Shown here piece by piece: positions 25,401 to 39,005 of a DNA stretch of 64,000 nucleotides. Both the position numbers and the translations under genes were made by a program. Numbering within the stretch: the stretch's first letter is position 1; each line of letters begins with the position of its first letter. Source of the stretch: Vicugna vicugna (Eukaryota); NCBI GenBank assembly GCA_013265495.1, contig MU058796.1, forward strand, positions 372,001 to 436,000. Reading direction: 5' to 3'. The notes under the pieces were generated by a model, which made no database searches, was not told the DNA's origin, and saw only the letters and a list, made by a program, of their open reading frames with translations.

Positions 25401-28239
25401 TTTAGCAGCCACTAAAATTGTTAGGATCACTTTACTTCTTAATTACATTCAAAATAATTTTTATTACACAGTATCAAACTAAAATATAGTTACTATTTTG
25501 CAAAATTCCAAACATTTACAAAAACACAGTAAGCTAACACTTTAAATCAGACTTGAAGACAGTTTGAATATTCCTTATATGCCCACAAAGGTTTCCCTAG
25601 TCCTTTGCGAAATGTTAAAGGGATATTTGTCGAACAACATAAATGGTTAATGCTCACCCGAGTGACATCAACAATTTAAGGCACCGGGCTTATCCCTTCT
25701 CATTCAAATTGCTGTGTTACTGAAGCTTAACCAAGTCTTCTTCATGCTTGGCCCCCCATTTAAGTCTGATATTCTGCAGTTTTTTTCCTGTATCAGGTTT
25801 TGCTTTGCCTTGAATTATTTTCCTTCCTTCTCTTACCTGCTTTCAAGAAACAGAAAAAGGCTCCTTGATGTAGCAATTCAAAGTATGTTCAGATAAAAGG
25901 TAAATAATTCAGTAGGCTCTTGAGGAGGGTTGACATTTGAATGTTGGAGGTGGTTCCCTTTACTCATCGCCTCTCCTACTGAGGTCAGGTGACCCATGGT
26001 AGTGACTTGCTGGAGTGAGTTTCGAATTCGTGAAAAACTTCTAATAAAGAATAGTGACAGAAATAGAAAAAGAATCAAAGTAGGAAAATCTAAGTGTATG
26101 TTCTTATCAAGTCTTACACTTGTCCAATAGTTACAGACCTCTCTGAAAATATTTATTTGTGTGGGTGGAGGCAAGTTGCCCATTAAATTGTAAGAAGTGT
26201 TATCAGATTTATCAGGACTTGGCTGTAAATTTGACTACACAGTTTTGGCTCATAGAGAAGTGAGGAGGAACTATCTGATTAAAGTGTGCATCGCTGCTGA
26301 GGCAACTGAATGTTGCCATAGCAATTGAGATGAAATGTGCAAGAAGTGAGATAATTAAATCTAACCCCTTTAGTAGTTTTGACAGTCAATGCACTGCCAA
26401 TAGGAAAAGTTATCTACAGTATTAAGATAAAACACATTCCTCATGGAAAGTCTCCTTACTAGTATTTTGTTGTTCCCTTTCTAAATACATTGCTTTAGGT
26501 GTCTAATTTGAATGTTCTCTTGTAATAATCAAATACAGTTTTGACCTTGGTCTGCAGCTGCCTAGAATTTCTGCTGGCTTATTGTATCATGGGAGCAGAC
26601 ATCTATAAAAAATATCCATTTTTTTTCCCTCTAGTTCTTAAAAAAAAAGTATACTAAAGCCAAAGCTGTCATATTTGAGCTTGAAATTCAATAATATCTA
26701 GAACGTGCTGCCCTCTTCAGGAGCTGACGCTTAAAAATACTTTGATTTTTTTTTTAAGCAGTGTAGAAATTATAAATATGAGCTATAATATGAAAAATTA
26801 TATTGTTAATTCTTCAGAAATAAGTACTACACACTAAGTAGTATTTCTAAGTCTAAAGTTTTTCCATTAAAATATTTCATTAAAAATCGATAAGCACAAA
26901 AAATCTGAAGTAAATTACTAATATTTATGATTAAATATGAAAAACAATTTCCTTAAAAAAAAGCTATGTTCATGGGGAGAAATCCTCCATCATTACAGAA
27001 TGCCATATTTACTACCCAAAAGTTTCTTTAAGATTAAAAATGTCAAAAAATAAGATATTTTCTGTGTGAAAATCTAGGTAGGACACTTTTCAAGTCTTAA
27101 ATTTTATTCTCCAGCAAAAAGTCAGTAAATTTTGTCAATATCAGTCCTTTGAAATTTTAACAATTTTTCATTTACTGAAACATCATATTTCTTGGAAATA
27201 CTGATTTCAAGTTATACTAACACATAATTTTTATTCAAGATTACTTTATTCAAAAATAACAATGAAGGATCTGAAATGTCATTATCCAAAAATTCAAATA
27301 AATCCCTTTTCTGCATATGTTACCTATTAAAATTTCTTTAGCAATCATCTAGTTTTGGCAGAGGGAGATGAACTCAGTGTATTTTTCTCTAGATTAAGTT
27401 TATGATTCTTACAAAAACATAAAGGAACAGAAAATGACCAATATATAGTAACATTATTTATCAAGATACAAGAAAAGCACATTTTCTTATATCCTGACAT
27501 GTTCCTTTCTATTAGAACTATTGACAGTAAGAAAAGTTATTTCATACTAATTATTAAATATGAAAGTCAATTTAAAAATTTTAAAGGACACAGTAAATTC
27601 AAGAACATACATACCTTTTCAAAATAAAAATTTGTTCTAATTCTTATCATGTGATACAATTAAAACCTTGTTTTTAATCAACAGAAAACAATAAGAAAGT
27701 GAATAGTTCTTTATTATCATTTATTTAGTGTGGTAAAGTAGGAGCTTGGACACCTAATTCAGTTTCTCAGCTCCTACATCAGATTTTCAGTTCAAGGTCC
27801 AAAAAGGAAATTTATTTACATGTAAATAGATGTAATGGTCATGAATGCTGACTTCAAGAAAGGAAAATGCCCCTCACTTTTTCCTTAAAGAGTTTTAGGT
27901 ATAGCTGTCCAATCTGTATCAGTGAAAAATTCATCTGAGCTAAAAGGGAGAAAGAGAAAAAAAACCTTCTGGCAATATTCTCTTAATCCAATAATATATG
28001 TTTGGGGAAAATAAAATGTCTTACTCCTGACTTTGAAAGTACTTATCACAATTGTTTAATCCTAAAGTAGCGCTGTCCAAAGGCACGTAATACACGTTCA
28101 AAAATTCTTAAAACACCGATCTGTGTTTTCTGCAGTAGATTTACTTCACTTTAGTTTTGCTGCTGATGCATTGCATTTGGCAGTTAGGATCCCTGTGGGT
28201 GGAGGTATAATAAATAATAATATTTTCTTTACTTTCCAG

Positions 28240-28281
28240 GGTATTTATGGCACAATGATGAATTTCATCTTTCCCAGAATG
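28240..28281 (+). other. ADGRL2: 42-nt internal 5'UTR exon, probably of upstream-initiated ADGRL2 isoforms
   Basis: Acceptor TTTTCTTTACTTTCCAG| and donor ATG|GTAAGT, in repeat-free sequence ~30 kb upstream of the island and on the gene strand. I recall human ADGRL2 having far-upstream leader exons including a short one (unverified). Confidence 0.65.
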
Positions 28282-29084
28282 GTAAGTAAAGAGCTCTTTC
28301 TTTATTTGATAGTACTGAATGCAAACAAGAAAAAGTGAATTTTTATAATAAAAGTGGAGTATCATTTGCTAAATGTATTGAATGACCTGATAATTATAAG
28401 GTAGCATATACTCTTGAAATAAATGGATACTGTGTTCAAATTCTATAAGCATTCCAAAATTCTCACCAAATGTGCTGCAGGCTTTTCGGAGGGAATATAA
28501 GATTTTTGCTTTCTCTGTTGGATTGTATTAGAACATAGTTCATTCCACATTTTGTTTTCTCGGGTAATTTATTTTAAAATATACACAGGTATAGAAATAA
28601 ATGTGGTTTACACTCTATGAGCAGAAAGAGAAAGCATATCTGTGATACATATTGAGAGTGGGTGCGTAAGAGTCCTTTGGAATTTTTACTGTTACATAAA
28701 AACTGATTGTAATTTATGTTTGACCAGGGCTTTGCAGCATCTGTGAATTTAAAAATGTTTGTTTTCTAGGAGCATATATCATAACTTCTCCTAGGCAAGC
28801 TAGCTACTGCATGATTTTGTTTAAACACATAGTTTTGTTGTCTTTAAGTTTTATGACTTAAAAAGGTAATATTTAGTTTTAGTCTTAATCGTAGCCTCTT
28901 TACAGTTCCAATAACAATAAAAATCAATCTTATTGAATGAGAACAGTCAATGTGAAATGATATTTCTCAGCAAGTTATTACTGTCTACTATGAAGTTCCC
29001 CTCTCCAATGGTTCTTGCATATTCCCTATAAAAAGAAGAAATTTCTCACTGTCGAAAAAAATCACCTTGAAATAAACCAATCAT

Positions 29085-29320
29085 CAGAAAGTGCTATGTT
29101 AAGTGAAAAAGCAGAGCACATTATAAGTACATTATATGTTGTGTGCATTTGTGCTTTGTAGCAAGGGCAAAGAGAATTGGGATCAAATTGTAGGCGTGGA
29201 AAAAAAACTCACAAAAGGTGCACAAAGAGTGGGAATGTGGAAAGTTTAATAATCTGCATTTCTTCTTCATTTTCTGAATTTTCTATAATGAGTATGTATT
29301 ATTCTTATCAGAATAAAAGC
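29085..29320 (+). mobile_element. L1ME-like 3' end fragment
   Basis: TGTTAAGTGAAAAAGCAG...TTTTCTATAATGAGTATGTATTATT...AGAATAAAA. Confidence 0.5.
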
Positions 29321-32199
29321 ATTATTTGAATAATAGACTATCCCAAGTAGCATATTATTATTAATGAAATACGTGTATATAAAATTGATTAAAAACCTCT
29401 TTGTGCCAATTTTATAACCAAAATGATACTATACAATTAAAAAAGAAAACAAAAACCTTCCTCCTAATCCCATAAGGAACTAAATATATAAATTAAAGAT
29501 TAATTGGGTAAAATTGTACAGTAAAACAATGAAGGATTTAAAATGAAGTTGAAGCTATTGGTTTTATTAATTTTATTCTAATGCAAAAGCACTCCTAGAA
29601 TTCATGCATATGTGTGAAAAAAATAAACATTTTTAAACTGAAATAAAAGGATCTGCAACCTCACACTGGTTTTTAGTATATTAGAATTTGATATTTTATG
29701 AACTTTTTTCAGAAGAAGAAAAGTCTAGCTAGGAAAAGGCTAAAACATGAAAGTTAAACTTTTAAAATAAACTCACACTTTGTCAGTAGATCATATTACT
29801 TAATGGTAGCAGAAAACTTTGATCTAAAATCTACTGTGTAATTTATCCATCTACAATCAATTGTCATTTTCAAACGTTAATGTGCAGAATTATTGTAAGG
29901 TCCAAGATTAAAAGAAGACAAAGTATAGTAAGACAACTAGGCAAGTATGTTAGCAGAAGAGTTGCTTTTAACCTAAAATAATGTTGAATCATATATTAAT
30001 AGTAAACATGATAAATAGCACAGCTTAGTTTTGAGATTAAGGATTTCATCTCAAAGGTAATTCATTATACAGTGAAAATTCAACATTAAAATATAAACTG
30101 TAGTTCTATCTCACATCTCCAGCAACTTGTCTAGAAATAAGCCAACAATTTTAGAAGACATTTTGGGGGTGGGTGAGGTGCTCAAGCAAGTATCTAATAA
30201 GTTCGCTTCAGTGCTTCCCAGAGCCTCACTTCCATCTCACTTGCTCCCAGTTTACATAAAACTATGACAGAACTGGTTCTCTGACTGTCTAGCTCACAAA
30301 CTGGAAGGGATACTATCAAAGCTAGGAGGAATGAGGAGAGAGCACACTGAGAAGCTAGAGGCTTTTTGCATCTACTCACCAGCAGTAAGAATTGAGGAAC
30401 CAAAGACTAGTTCTGTGATATTGAGTAAGATATATCATACACTTGGGTTTTAAAATTCCTGATCCGTTAAATCAAACAGTTATACCGGAAGGTTTTTAAT
30501 AAAATCTAAAATTCCTTTCTAGCCCTAGAATTTTGCAATGAAATTATATATCTTTAAACTTACTACATAGAGTATAAGATAGCATTGTGAGAGTTGTTAA
30601 AATTAAAAAGGTTTTAATGATTAAAAGGGTAAATTTCATTCATTTGCAAAATTCACTTATATTGATCCAATTTATAGTCTATAAATGAGGGATTATATAT
30701 TGTGTATTTTGATGATATTCTTTCCATACTCATTTATTTAAAATGTACCTAAAATTTTAACCTGAATTTTCTCACTTTGCTTTGAATGAGGTAATACTGT
30801 ACACAGTGTGGGAGAGAAGATCTAGCACCAGCCTATTCTAAAGAATGGGGAGCCAAATTCACACCCATTTGTATATGGAAATATATATATTTCCAATAGG
30901 TTTATGCTGCCAAGATGCTAATCTGAAAGATTGGGGAATTTATATATATTTTTTTGCATCCACTCTGTAACATCTTTAGTACAACTAACATGTCATGACA
31001 TTTTTAGAAAGAAAATAAGCGAAATTAACCTCCTGTCCATGATCAAGAGCAGGGTCAATGTAACAAATTATTGGATAAATAAAACACTTGCTTATTCAAA
31101 CTGTTTCTTTCTGATTTATAAGTGTGCAATTTAAGCAGCAGCCACAGTTCAGAATTACTACATGAACTGAATTGAAATGCAGATATGTATTTTGTTCACT
31201 TGTATCTGTTACATCTGAACTTTAAAACAATATTTCTTCAGCATTACTAAAATGATTTAGTAGATTAGAGATAAATTCCAACCATTTAAATAAAACAAAT
31301 TTCTCAGTGTAATGAATCTACATTTCAACAAAATAGATCTTCCTTCTCATTCCCAATGAACAAAGATTGATTGCATGTTTCTGTGACTAGTCACAGCATC
31401 TAGTCTTCAATCAACAATAAAGTATACTTTATTTCTGAGAACATGGATAAAAATTTGTAACTTTATTTTACTTATGATAAAAGTTCCATACTGAATTTAA
31501 CTACAGCCAGTAGTCATTTTGCCATTTATCTTTTAAAATTTCACAACAGTTTCCAATACATCGAATGTCAATTTTTAGGTTAGATGATAGTAATATTAAA
31601 GCATTATTAATTGGCCAACAGGTTGATTACTTTTAAGATTTTGAAAAAAGCAAAGATAAAAACAGTCCTCTCCTTTTCTTTCAATTAAAATTTCATGCAG
31701 TTATTCTTGTAGATTATAGATCCTCTTTTGAGATTTCCGGTTTCAAACAACTTTTTGGTTCATTTCACAGGAATAATATTCATCTTAATTAGAAAAAACA
31801 ATTGATGGGCTTTTTACAAGAGGGAGTTCATTCTATGCACTGATTACTGCCACTAGATTATCCTGTTTAAGAACTAAAAAAAAAAAAAAAGAAAGCCCTG
31901 CTTTTAAAGCAGTTAGTTGAATATGTTATCTATTAGTATTCTATGAAGACAGAATGTCTTTCTTGATGAGCGGTTAATCCATTTTGTTTTAACCACCAAA
32001 TTTTTCTGAGCAATATTCTAAATTGGCTTTTTAAATTATTTCAGACATACAAATATACCATCGAATGTATAAATCAGAATTGTTAAATAAATAAAAAGAC
32101 ATCTCTGGTGTGTTACTGAATTGTTTTACCATTTATAAGATTAAAATACTTGCTCCCTTTAAAAAATATTTTTTAATATTTAGTAGCTAAAAAGTAAAA

Positions 32200-34430
32200 T
32201 TCCAAATACAGAAAAAGAAATAACAAATCATGGAGCCCAAAATTTATTCTGAATTTTTTCTATCCCTTGCTTTTCCTTGTAATTTTGTCTCATGTATTTG
32301 CATTCTTAGACATACTATTGTTTGGTTTGCATGTTTGCAGTAATATATAAATGAAAGTGACTTTTCCATTCAACAGTAAGTTCTTGAGTTTCAACCATTA
32401 GCTGCACATAATTATAATTCATTAGTTTATACTGTTGTACAGTCCATTTTGTGACATAATTTGTCTTCTTTAATGTTGATGGATATTTGCATTGCTTCAG
32501 TTCTTTGTTTTTGTTTTTTGCTACTATGTATGGTGCTACTATGTACACTCTTGAACATGTATAAATGTATATGTACAAAAATTTCTCTAGGGCAAGTGGT
32601 TCTTAATCTGGAGTGATTTTTGCCCCCATGGAATATTTGGTAATGTGTGGAAACGTTTTTGGTTATCATAACTTGGGGAATGCTACTGGTTTCTTGTAGG
32701 TAGAGGCCAGGAATGCTCTAAACATCCTCTAAGGCATAGGAGAGCCCATACAACAAAGAATTAACTGAACTAAAATGCCAATAGTACAAAGTTGAGAAAC
32801 TTTACTCTAGAGTATATGCTTGAAAATGAAATTGCTCAGTCATAGAGTATGGAAAATTTCAAATGTATTAGATAATTCCTAACTGTTGTTCAAAGTATCA
32901 ATTTTACACTCCTACCAGGAGTATAAAGATCAATGTTCTGATAGATCTGCATTCTTGTTAGCACTGAATGTTGTCAGTTACTTTACCATTTTTTATCAAC
33001 TTTGTGATTGTGAAATAAAAACTCATAGTTTCAATTTTCAATTCCTTGGTTACTAATGAGATTGTGTATCTTTTCTCATGTTATTGAAAATTAGGGTTTC
33101 CTATTTGATGAGGTACTGATTCCTTTTAAACAATTTTAAAAATTGAATTTTAGGCAATATATACACTAATCCATTGTTCTTCATTTGTGTGACAAATGTC
33201 TTTTTCTAGTTCAGGAATTGTCTTTTCACTTCTTTAAGGTGCCCTTTTATGAGCAGAATTCTCTATCTTAACGCAGTTAAAACTTAGCAAACATTCTTGT
33301 TTTGCTTATATTTTACATTTCCCTCTTAAGAAGTCCTATCCTTTATCTTCTAAGTGTCTTTACATTTTGCTTTTTACACTTAAATCTTTACTCCATTTGA
33401 AAATTTTTCTGTATAATGTCAGGTAGAAATAAATTTTAAAAAATAGAAACTATAGTCTTAGCACCATGTAGTGAATAGTTTGTTTTCCCCACTGATCTCA
33501 AAGCTAGCCTTTTCATGAATCAAGTTTCCATATACTGTATTTATAATCTAATTTTTGGCTCTCTGTTTTACTCTAACTCTTTACCAATATTACATTGCTA
33601 AAATTCTTAGAATTTTTTAATGACTGTAAAAATTTGGTAAGTTCTTCTATTTGTTTTTCTCCAAGAATGTCTTGGCTCCTGTGGCCGTTTAGTTTTCTAT
33701 ATAAGTCTTGGAAAAAGCTTGCCAAAGCCACTTCCTACACACACAAAAAACTTGACTGAAATTTGTTGGAACCTACAGATCAATCTGAAGGGGACTGATA
33801 CTTTTATTATAACTTTTAGTGTTCCAGTCCAAGGATATGGTTTACTTTTTCATTTGTTTAGATTTTCTATAATATTTTTCAAAAAGATTTTCTTTCTCCC
33901 ATAAATTTGCTGTGTTTATCACTAAATATTTTTTAATAAAGTATTTTAAAATTATATCTTTTAATAATTTCTTTTGTGTACTGATAATTTCTAAAATTTA
34001 TTCCAGGAATGTGGAAATAAAAATAATTTTATATTTATTTTTTTATCCAATAAACATCTAAACTTTCTTATTAATTCTCATATTTTATCTGTATTTTCTC
34101 TTGGATTTCCTATGTAAACAGTCTAACTTCTGTGAGTAATGCCAGTTTTATTTCTTCCTTTTCAATTCCTATACTTTGATTTTTTTCCTTGTATATGTCA
34201 CCATCGAGACCTCTAGTACAATATTATATAGAAATTGTGATAGTGGACAATTTTGGCTTTTCCTGATTTTTAAAAGAAAGTGTTTTGAACATTTCAGCAT
34301 TAAGTTGTAGGTTTTTGTAGATATCCTTTATCAAGTTAAGAAATTTTCCTTTCATGTTTGGTTTGCTTTGTTTTTTCCTTTTAATCTTTGATGGATGTTG
34401 AATTTTATCAAGTGATTTTTCCTACCTACA
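32200..34430 (-). mobile_element. Degraded L1ME-like element (ORF2/3' region) containing a MER20
   Basis: T-rich reverse-L1 hallmarks: GTTGATGGATATTTG, GAAATTGCTCAGTCATAGAG, TTTACACTCCTACCAG, CTACAGATCAATCTG, GACCTCTAGTACAATATT, TAGATATCCTTTATCAAGTTAAG. Confidence 0.8.
32593..32804. mobile_element. MER20 hAT-Charlie MITE with an 8-bp TSD
   Basis: GTGGTTCTTAATC...GATTTTTGCCCCC...TGCTACTGG...GTAGAGGCCAGGAATGCT...GTTGAGAAAC. Flanked by CTCTAGGG (32585-32592) and CTCTAGAG (32805-32812). Confidence 0.88.
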
Positions 34431-35589
34431 TTAATTTAGAGGAAAATATGTTTTTCTCACAAAGGGTTGCTAAGAACTGAAGTATCTCTCACCCTAAGGA
34501 CACTTACTGAATGGGGTGAAAATGAATTTCACTTTTCACGTCTTTGCTGGCACAGGGGAAAAGTGACAAGCCCAGGGTTTAGTGCTGGAATGCAAAACGG
34601 ATATAGCCTCATCATTAACCTGCTATAAATAAATCCATCCCGTAGAGGACTTCCAGGAAAACTGCAAGTCTTAAATGCATAACTAAAGAGCAAAAAATTC
34701 TCTCTTGAAAATTCATAATCATAAACTGACATTGCTGTGTTTTCAGCTAAAATTTTATAATTTCGGTGGTCTAAAGACTCCAAGACAAGAATTTAGTTGT
34801 GCCTAGTTGTGCCTTTTGTGCCTGGCAGAATCAAAATAATATCCTCTCTGGAGAACCCAGCTTTATTCCATCCCTCCAAGAATTTTGACAGATACGATTG
34901 CATGAGTATAAGTCCAAAATCAGAAGTCACAAACACACTGTAAAACAAACAAACAAACAAATATCAAAAGCAAACAAAAAAATTCAAAGAATAAATAAGC
35001 AGAAATCAGGTTAAAAAAAGATAAAAAGCAGAATCAGACACACACAGTCTTCAAATATTGAAATTGCCATTTTCGTTATTTTTTATCCTCTTCTCTTTTA
35101 TTCTCATTCCTTGTTGTACATAAAACTATATCCAAAAATAGATACTTTCAACATCTAATTTCCTAATAAATAACACGTAAGCCCTTCTTTTCTATAAAGT
35201 TAGAAATTGATAATGTAATCAAGTTTAACTTGTAAGCTAAACCTAGTTACCCTGAAATAGAATTTGATCTCAACATTTGTCTTTAAGTTACAAGAACTGC
35301 AGTGAACAAAAAAAATAAAAGCAGAAATAAGAATAGATTCTTTACTCTTCAAACAAACAAGTACAATCATAAATATTGTATTAAACTAAAAATACCAAAA
35401 TATATATTGATGACTATCATATAGATCTTTTTAAAACTTTAATATTATTTTAGACAGATTCTATTTAGCTAAATGCTCAGAATGATAAATATATTATAAA
35501 TTATTAGAGTATCTCTTATTTGTGCAGCGTATTTTCCCCCAAAATCTCATGAACTTTCAAATATCTTTACATTTAAAAGAATTTGGGTT

Positions 35590-35865
35590 CTGACTTGACC
35601 TTGAACCCCTGATTGACCTTAATGTTGGGCACTTGGCCAAAGCTGAGCCAGTCATAATCCATCCTTGCAATTTTATAAACTGGAATCACAGAACAAACTC
35701 TTAGGCACAGAGAGAATATATTGGTTGATGAATCCCAAGGAAGACTGATTCTGAGCTTTAATTCCAGTTATTAAACTTTCCAGGGATCCATGAACCAATA
35801 AATTGCCTTTGCTGAAGCTTATTTGATTTATTTCTGTAACTTGCAACCAAAACATTCCTGATACC
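35590..35865 (+). mobile_element. Old MLT1-family LTR fragment
   Basis: AACCAATAAATTGCCTTTGCTGAAGC...TTCTGTAACTTGCAACCAAAACATTCCTGATAC resembles a MaLR LTR end. Confidence 0.55.
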
Positions 35866-36291
35866 CTTATATAAAGAAAATTAAATTCTGAGGTGGTTTT
35901 CCTGCATGCTGGAAGTCATAAGAGGCAATGGATGAATAATACCTTTAATACCATTTCCACCATAAGGTAAGAGAGTTGGGAAGAGCTCCTGGGTGAGCTC
36001 TTTTGAAGCCCTGCCTAAACCTCTCCCCTCTAATTTATTCCTGAGGCAAGTCGAAGTAAGATTATTCCTTATGACAAGGTTTAGAACCAGTAGTATTTTG
36101 ATGATTAAACTTCTAGTGTCTAGACGGAGTCCATCAAGAAGCCCTTTCTGGATGTAGTATTATTTTCCAGTTACTTTCTACTTTCAATTTTACATGGCCT
36201 GAAGGACTGAAATGTGAGGGAAGAGTGTAAAAATTATTGAGCATTTTGTGCTATGTTAAGGACCTGGCTGGTCTTTTATTTTCTAGTTAGG

Positions 36292-36560
36292 TGTTAAGGG
36301 CTGAATTTTATCCCCCTCAAAATTTATGTGTTGAAGTCCAAACCCCTAGTGAAATAGGACTATATTTGCAGATAGTCTTTGGAGAAGTTATTAAGGTTAA
36401 ATAAAGTCATTAGGGGTGGCCCCTAACGCAATATGACTAGTGTCCTTTTAAGAAGAGATTAGGATCCAGGCACATACAGAGGAAAATGACATGAAGACAT
36501 AGAGAGAAGGTGGTCATCTATAAGCCAGGGTACAAGTTCTCAGAAGAAATAACCCTGTCT
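36292..36560 (+). mobile_element. MLT1A-like LTR, 3'-truncated
   Basis: TGTTAAGGGCTGAATT...CCCCTCAAAATTTATGTGTTGAAGTCC...AATATGACTAGTGTCCTTTTAAGAAGAGA. Confidence 0.8.
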
Positions 36561-36772
36561 GTCACATCTACCATCAAATGTATCCTCTACTTTATTTCCA
36601 CTATTACTACCTTAAATTTATGCTTTGACTCTCTCATTTGAAATATTCTAATAACCATCAGCTCCTCATCATTCTAATTCAAGCATTCATAGGCATGCTA
36701 GCAAACCCACTAGACTGTGAATTTGTTGAGGACAAAGTCTGCTCTGTAGTCTCTCCTTACGCTGTGTATAGT

Positions 36773-36915
36773 CAGTGGTTCCTAGACCTGGCTGTGCATC
36801 AGAACTCTAGGTGGCATAGATTTTTGAGCCCCAGACCCTATCTGTTGAATCAGAATCTACAGGCTTGTGAGCTAGAAATTGGTATTTTTAATATGTTCCT
36901 AAGCTGATCTTCTAA
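36773..36915. mobile_element. MER5-like hAT MITE
   Basis: CAGTGGTTCC...GGCTGTGCATCAGAA...TGAATCAGAATCT...GTATTTTTAA. Confidence 0.65.
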
Positions 36916-38779
36916 GTAATGGACAACTGCTACTTTGGTTTGCCCCTCTTTTTATTAATGATCATGTGACAGCTTCCCCCAAACTTCCTGCCTTGGTCTT
37001 CTGTCTTATTGTGCCTTCTGTTATCACAGTGTTTTTTGAGTAATAAATCTAATTAATTAGTGATATATTTCTAGAATTTTCCTGTTGAAGGCCTATATCT
37101 ATTGTAGGTTACATCCATCTCCTGAGAAGCTACAAAAATGTCATAAAGATACCTTAATAATAGTAAAAATAAATGAAGCTTATGTGATTTGTTCACTGAA
37201 ACTGATTAAGCAGGTTCCACACTAGGATGTTCTCTTCGCTACTGCCTCCAACTATATGAAAGAACTGGCAGAAACATTCAGTTCTCTTGTAGTTGTTTCG
37301 TGGCCTGGCCCTATTCATATTGATACAAACTGTATGGAAGGCCCACAATCGAAAGTGAGTTTAAGAGTTCACCTTGGAAAAGGAGGAAGTAATGTCTCAA
37401 ATTCTACTCCAGCTCTCCATATTATAAACTTAATTTACACACTTATCATATGGTAAAAACTGACAACTTTATACTCTGAAAAGAGAAATCACATTACTGT
37501 TCTTACTTAAATAAAAACCAGCTTCAAGACTAAAGCAGTGGGTCTTTGTATGTACTCATAGACAGGAAACATGACTCTAGGAAAAAGATAATAATGGCAG
37601 TCCTTAGAGATAAGCTCCGCTGTTAGTCTGTACTTGAAATCAAAAGCCCTCTTTCTCACCATACTTAGATAACAAAAGGAAAACTTGATGAATATATCTG
37701 CCAAACTGATCAATCCTATTGATATTTGTTTTGAATCTATTATAAGAAACATTGTATAATATAGAAGGATCAAAAGAGACATGACTCCTGATTTTGTGGA
37801 GTTTTTGGTTTAGTTAATAGAAGTCCTGGTTTTAAAAAGAAAAAAGGTGGGATGACAACAGGAGCTTGGAATGAAGGCAGAGAGCTAGAGTGTGTGAGAA
37901 GCGGTCATGCCCAAATGATGCTTCCTGGAGGGAGGGACCACTTATTCTGTGCTCAGATGTCAACAGCCAGGAGAACCTTGGCACTTGAATGAACCAGTGA
38001 GCGTGACCTCTTTGACAGTCTTTGCTACTTGTATATATGTTATAAAAAGGCTGGTGCAAAAACTAAATATTATCCATGGTCTATTTTTCCTATTCTTAAT
38101 GTACACATTTATGTATTCATTATGCAAATATTTTATTAAAAGTACTTATAAAATAAGGCCCCTTACGCAGGCTCAAAGTCCTCAGTATAAACTAATATAC
38201 TAACCAGCTACCTAGTCCTTGGCTTATTTTTTCCTGGTTTATATTTTTAACCTTATTGGATCCTTTGGATTATCATTTTAACCACATAGAACAATAAAAG
38301 TTTAGTGTTTCCAGATTTGGATTAGCATCTCCATGAACAGGAAAATCACTGTTTCTTCTACCAAGATATTACATCTTTGAAAAATTTTGACTGCAAGAGG
38401 TTCTGTTTTTAAACTGAAATAGGCTTCATTGTATCTTGCAGCATCTTAAGTCAGTCTCTTTGGGCCATGTGGGACAAAGCTAATCCCTCTTTCACATAAT
38501 AATTTAATAGTTTTTTAATTCAAAAAATATAGGTGATATTTTATGAAATTAGGATAGGCTTCCTAAAGAAGATCTGGATAATTTAAGAACTAGATAAAAG
38601 AAGGAATTAGCCACATTCCCAGTACTGAAAACAACCACATTTTAAATTTTGATATATCTAGTTCCAGTATTTATTTTACCCTAAATAGTTTTGATACTCT
38701 GTTATTTCACATAATTTTATCATATGTAAACATACACACATACATAATATAATTTAATTTCTATCTACTGGGGGACAAT

Positions 38780-39005
38780 CTGCTGTAGAGGATAAGTGGG
38801 CAGCATTGAAGGAAGATAGACCTGTGTTCAAATTCAAGCACTACCACTTGCTAGCATTGATTGCCTCAGATATGTTACTAAATCTCCTCAACTTTCTAAT
38901 CTATAACTAGAACCCACTTCTTGGGGTTGTGGCCAGCATTAATTAATGTAAAATGTTTAGCTTACTGCCTAGTGAATAATAAATGATGAATAATGATTCA
39001 AATTA
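38780..39005 (+). mobile_element. MIR SINE
   Basis: GACCTGTGTTCAAATTC...CTACCACTTGCTAGC...GGGTTGTGG...ATGTAAAATGTTTAGC. Confidence 0.65.
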
